DNA of 64,000 nt from Chlorokybus atmophyticus (Eukaryota > Plantae > Mesostigma and Chlorokybus algae): contig RHPI01003009.1 of assembly GCA_009103225.1 (NCBI GenBank), forward strand, positions 461,465 to 525,464, written 5' to 3'. Made by a program: the position numbers and the translations under genes. The notes under the pieces were generated by a model, which ran no database searches, was not told the origin of the DNA, and saw only the letters and a program-made list of their open reading frames with translations. Of this stretch, positions 63,660-64,000 are shown piece by piece. The stretch's first letter is position 1. Each line of letters starts with the position of its first letter.

Positions 63660-64000
63660 ATGGAGGCGACCTACGACAAGGGGCAGATTGCAAAGCTGGA
63701 CACCGACAACTACAACACATGGTGCGTGGAGATGAAGGCCTTGCTCATCCACAAGAAGGTGTGGAAGTACGTTGATCCGAAGGCACCACCACCAACACCA
63801 GGAGCGAACACTGTGTGGTCAGAGCATTCAGCAGAAGCACACTCTTTGCTTGTGTTGAACAGCAAACCGCATCACTTTCCCATGCTCACTGCATGTGAAG
63901 ATGGTAGACAAGCTTGGGAAAAGCTATCAGCCGTTTTCAGAGCCAAGAACAATGCCAGAAAGTTGCATCTACGCAAGCAGCTCAGCGCACTCAGGAAGGA
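63660..64000 (+). CDS. Copia gag (UBN2/Retrotran_gag_2-type), open to the end of the window
   Basis: MEATYDKGQIAKLDTDNYNTWCVEMKALLIHKKVWKYV...GRQAWEKLSAVF...KLHLRKQL shows the L..DNY..W...M...L....W and AW..L...F patterns. It is absent from the ORF track because it has no stop inside the window. Confidence 0.9.
   Translation, partial: MEATYDKGQIAKLDTDNYNTWCVEMKALLIHKKVWKYVDPKAPPPTPGANTVWSEHSAEAHSLLVLNSKPHHFPMLTACEDGRQAWEKLSAVFRAKNNARKLHLRKQLSALRK

Larger units (their letters stand above)
63107..64000 (+). mobile_element. Ty1/copia LTR retrotransposon, 5' end (LTR, PBS and start of gag); continues past the window
   Basis: LTR 63107-63531 is bounded by TGTTGA...TCAACA and is immediately followed by GGTTATGGGCCCA (63532-63544). 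An open gag frame starts at ATG 63660. Confidence 0.92.

Overview
This is intron-rich eukaryotic nuclear DNA, most likely from a flagellated green alga (chlorophyte). The basis is GT-AG introns filled with CA/TG-type tracts, a DXR gene with a plastid transit peptide, and a FAP96 flagellar gene. The species cannot be determined from the sequence. I reconstructed the spliced genes by eye. They are: a FAD-dependent monooxygenase and FAP96 as a convergent pair (18.7-25.6 kb); a decayed duplicate of that pair (0.2-3.8 kb); an LRR-Roc-COR (Roco) GTPase; a disrupted chlorophyllase-like hydrolase; HCCS; MRM2/RlmE; a TLC protein; a secreted or anchored protein made of bacterial-type Ig repeats; a MARVEL/CASP-like protein; a conserved green-lineage protein of unknown function; PET117; a plastid membrane protein with duplicated exons; and DXR. 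Mobile DNA includes a degenerate chromodomain Ty3/gypsy element with both LTRs and a 5-bp TSD, the 5' end of a Ty1/copia element with a half-tRNA-iMet primer site, a pair of ~0.8-kb dispersed repeats and several palindrome-rich relics. There are five assembly gaps (16530-17095, 28468-28657, 33084-33399, 52506-52685, ~56396-56654). Most ORFs in the supplied track are spurious read-throughs of introns. I see no clear-cut new biological system. The best leads are the Roco gene, the Ig-repeat protein, the decaying segmental duplication with its templated hairpin, and the exon-duplicated plastid protein. All percent identities and alignments are estimates by eye.
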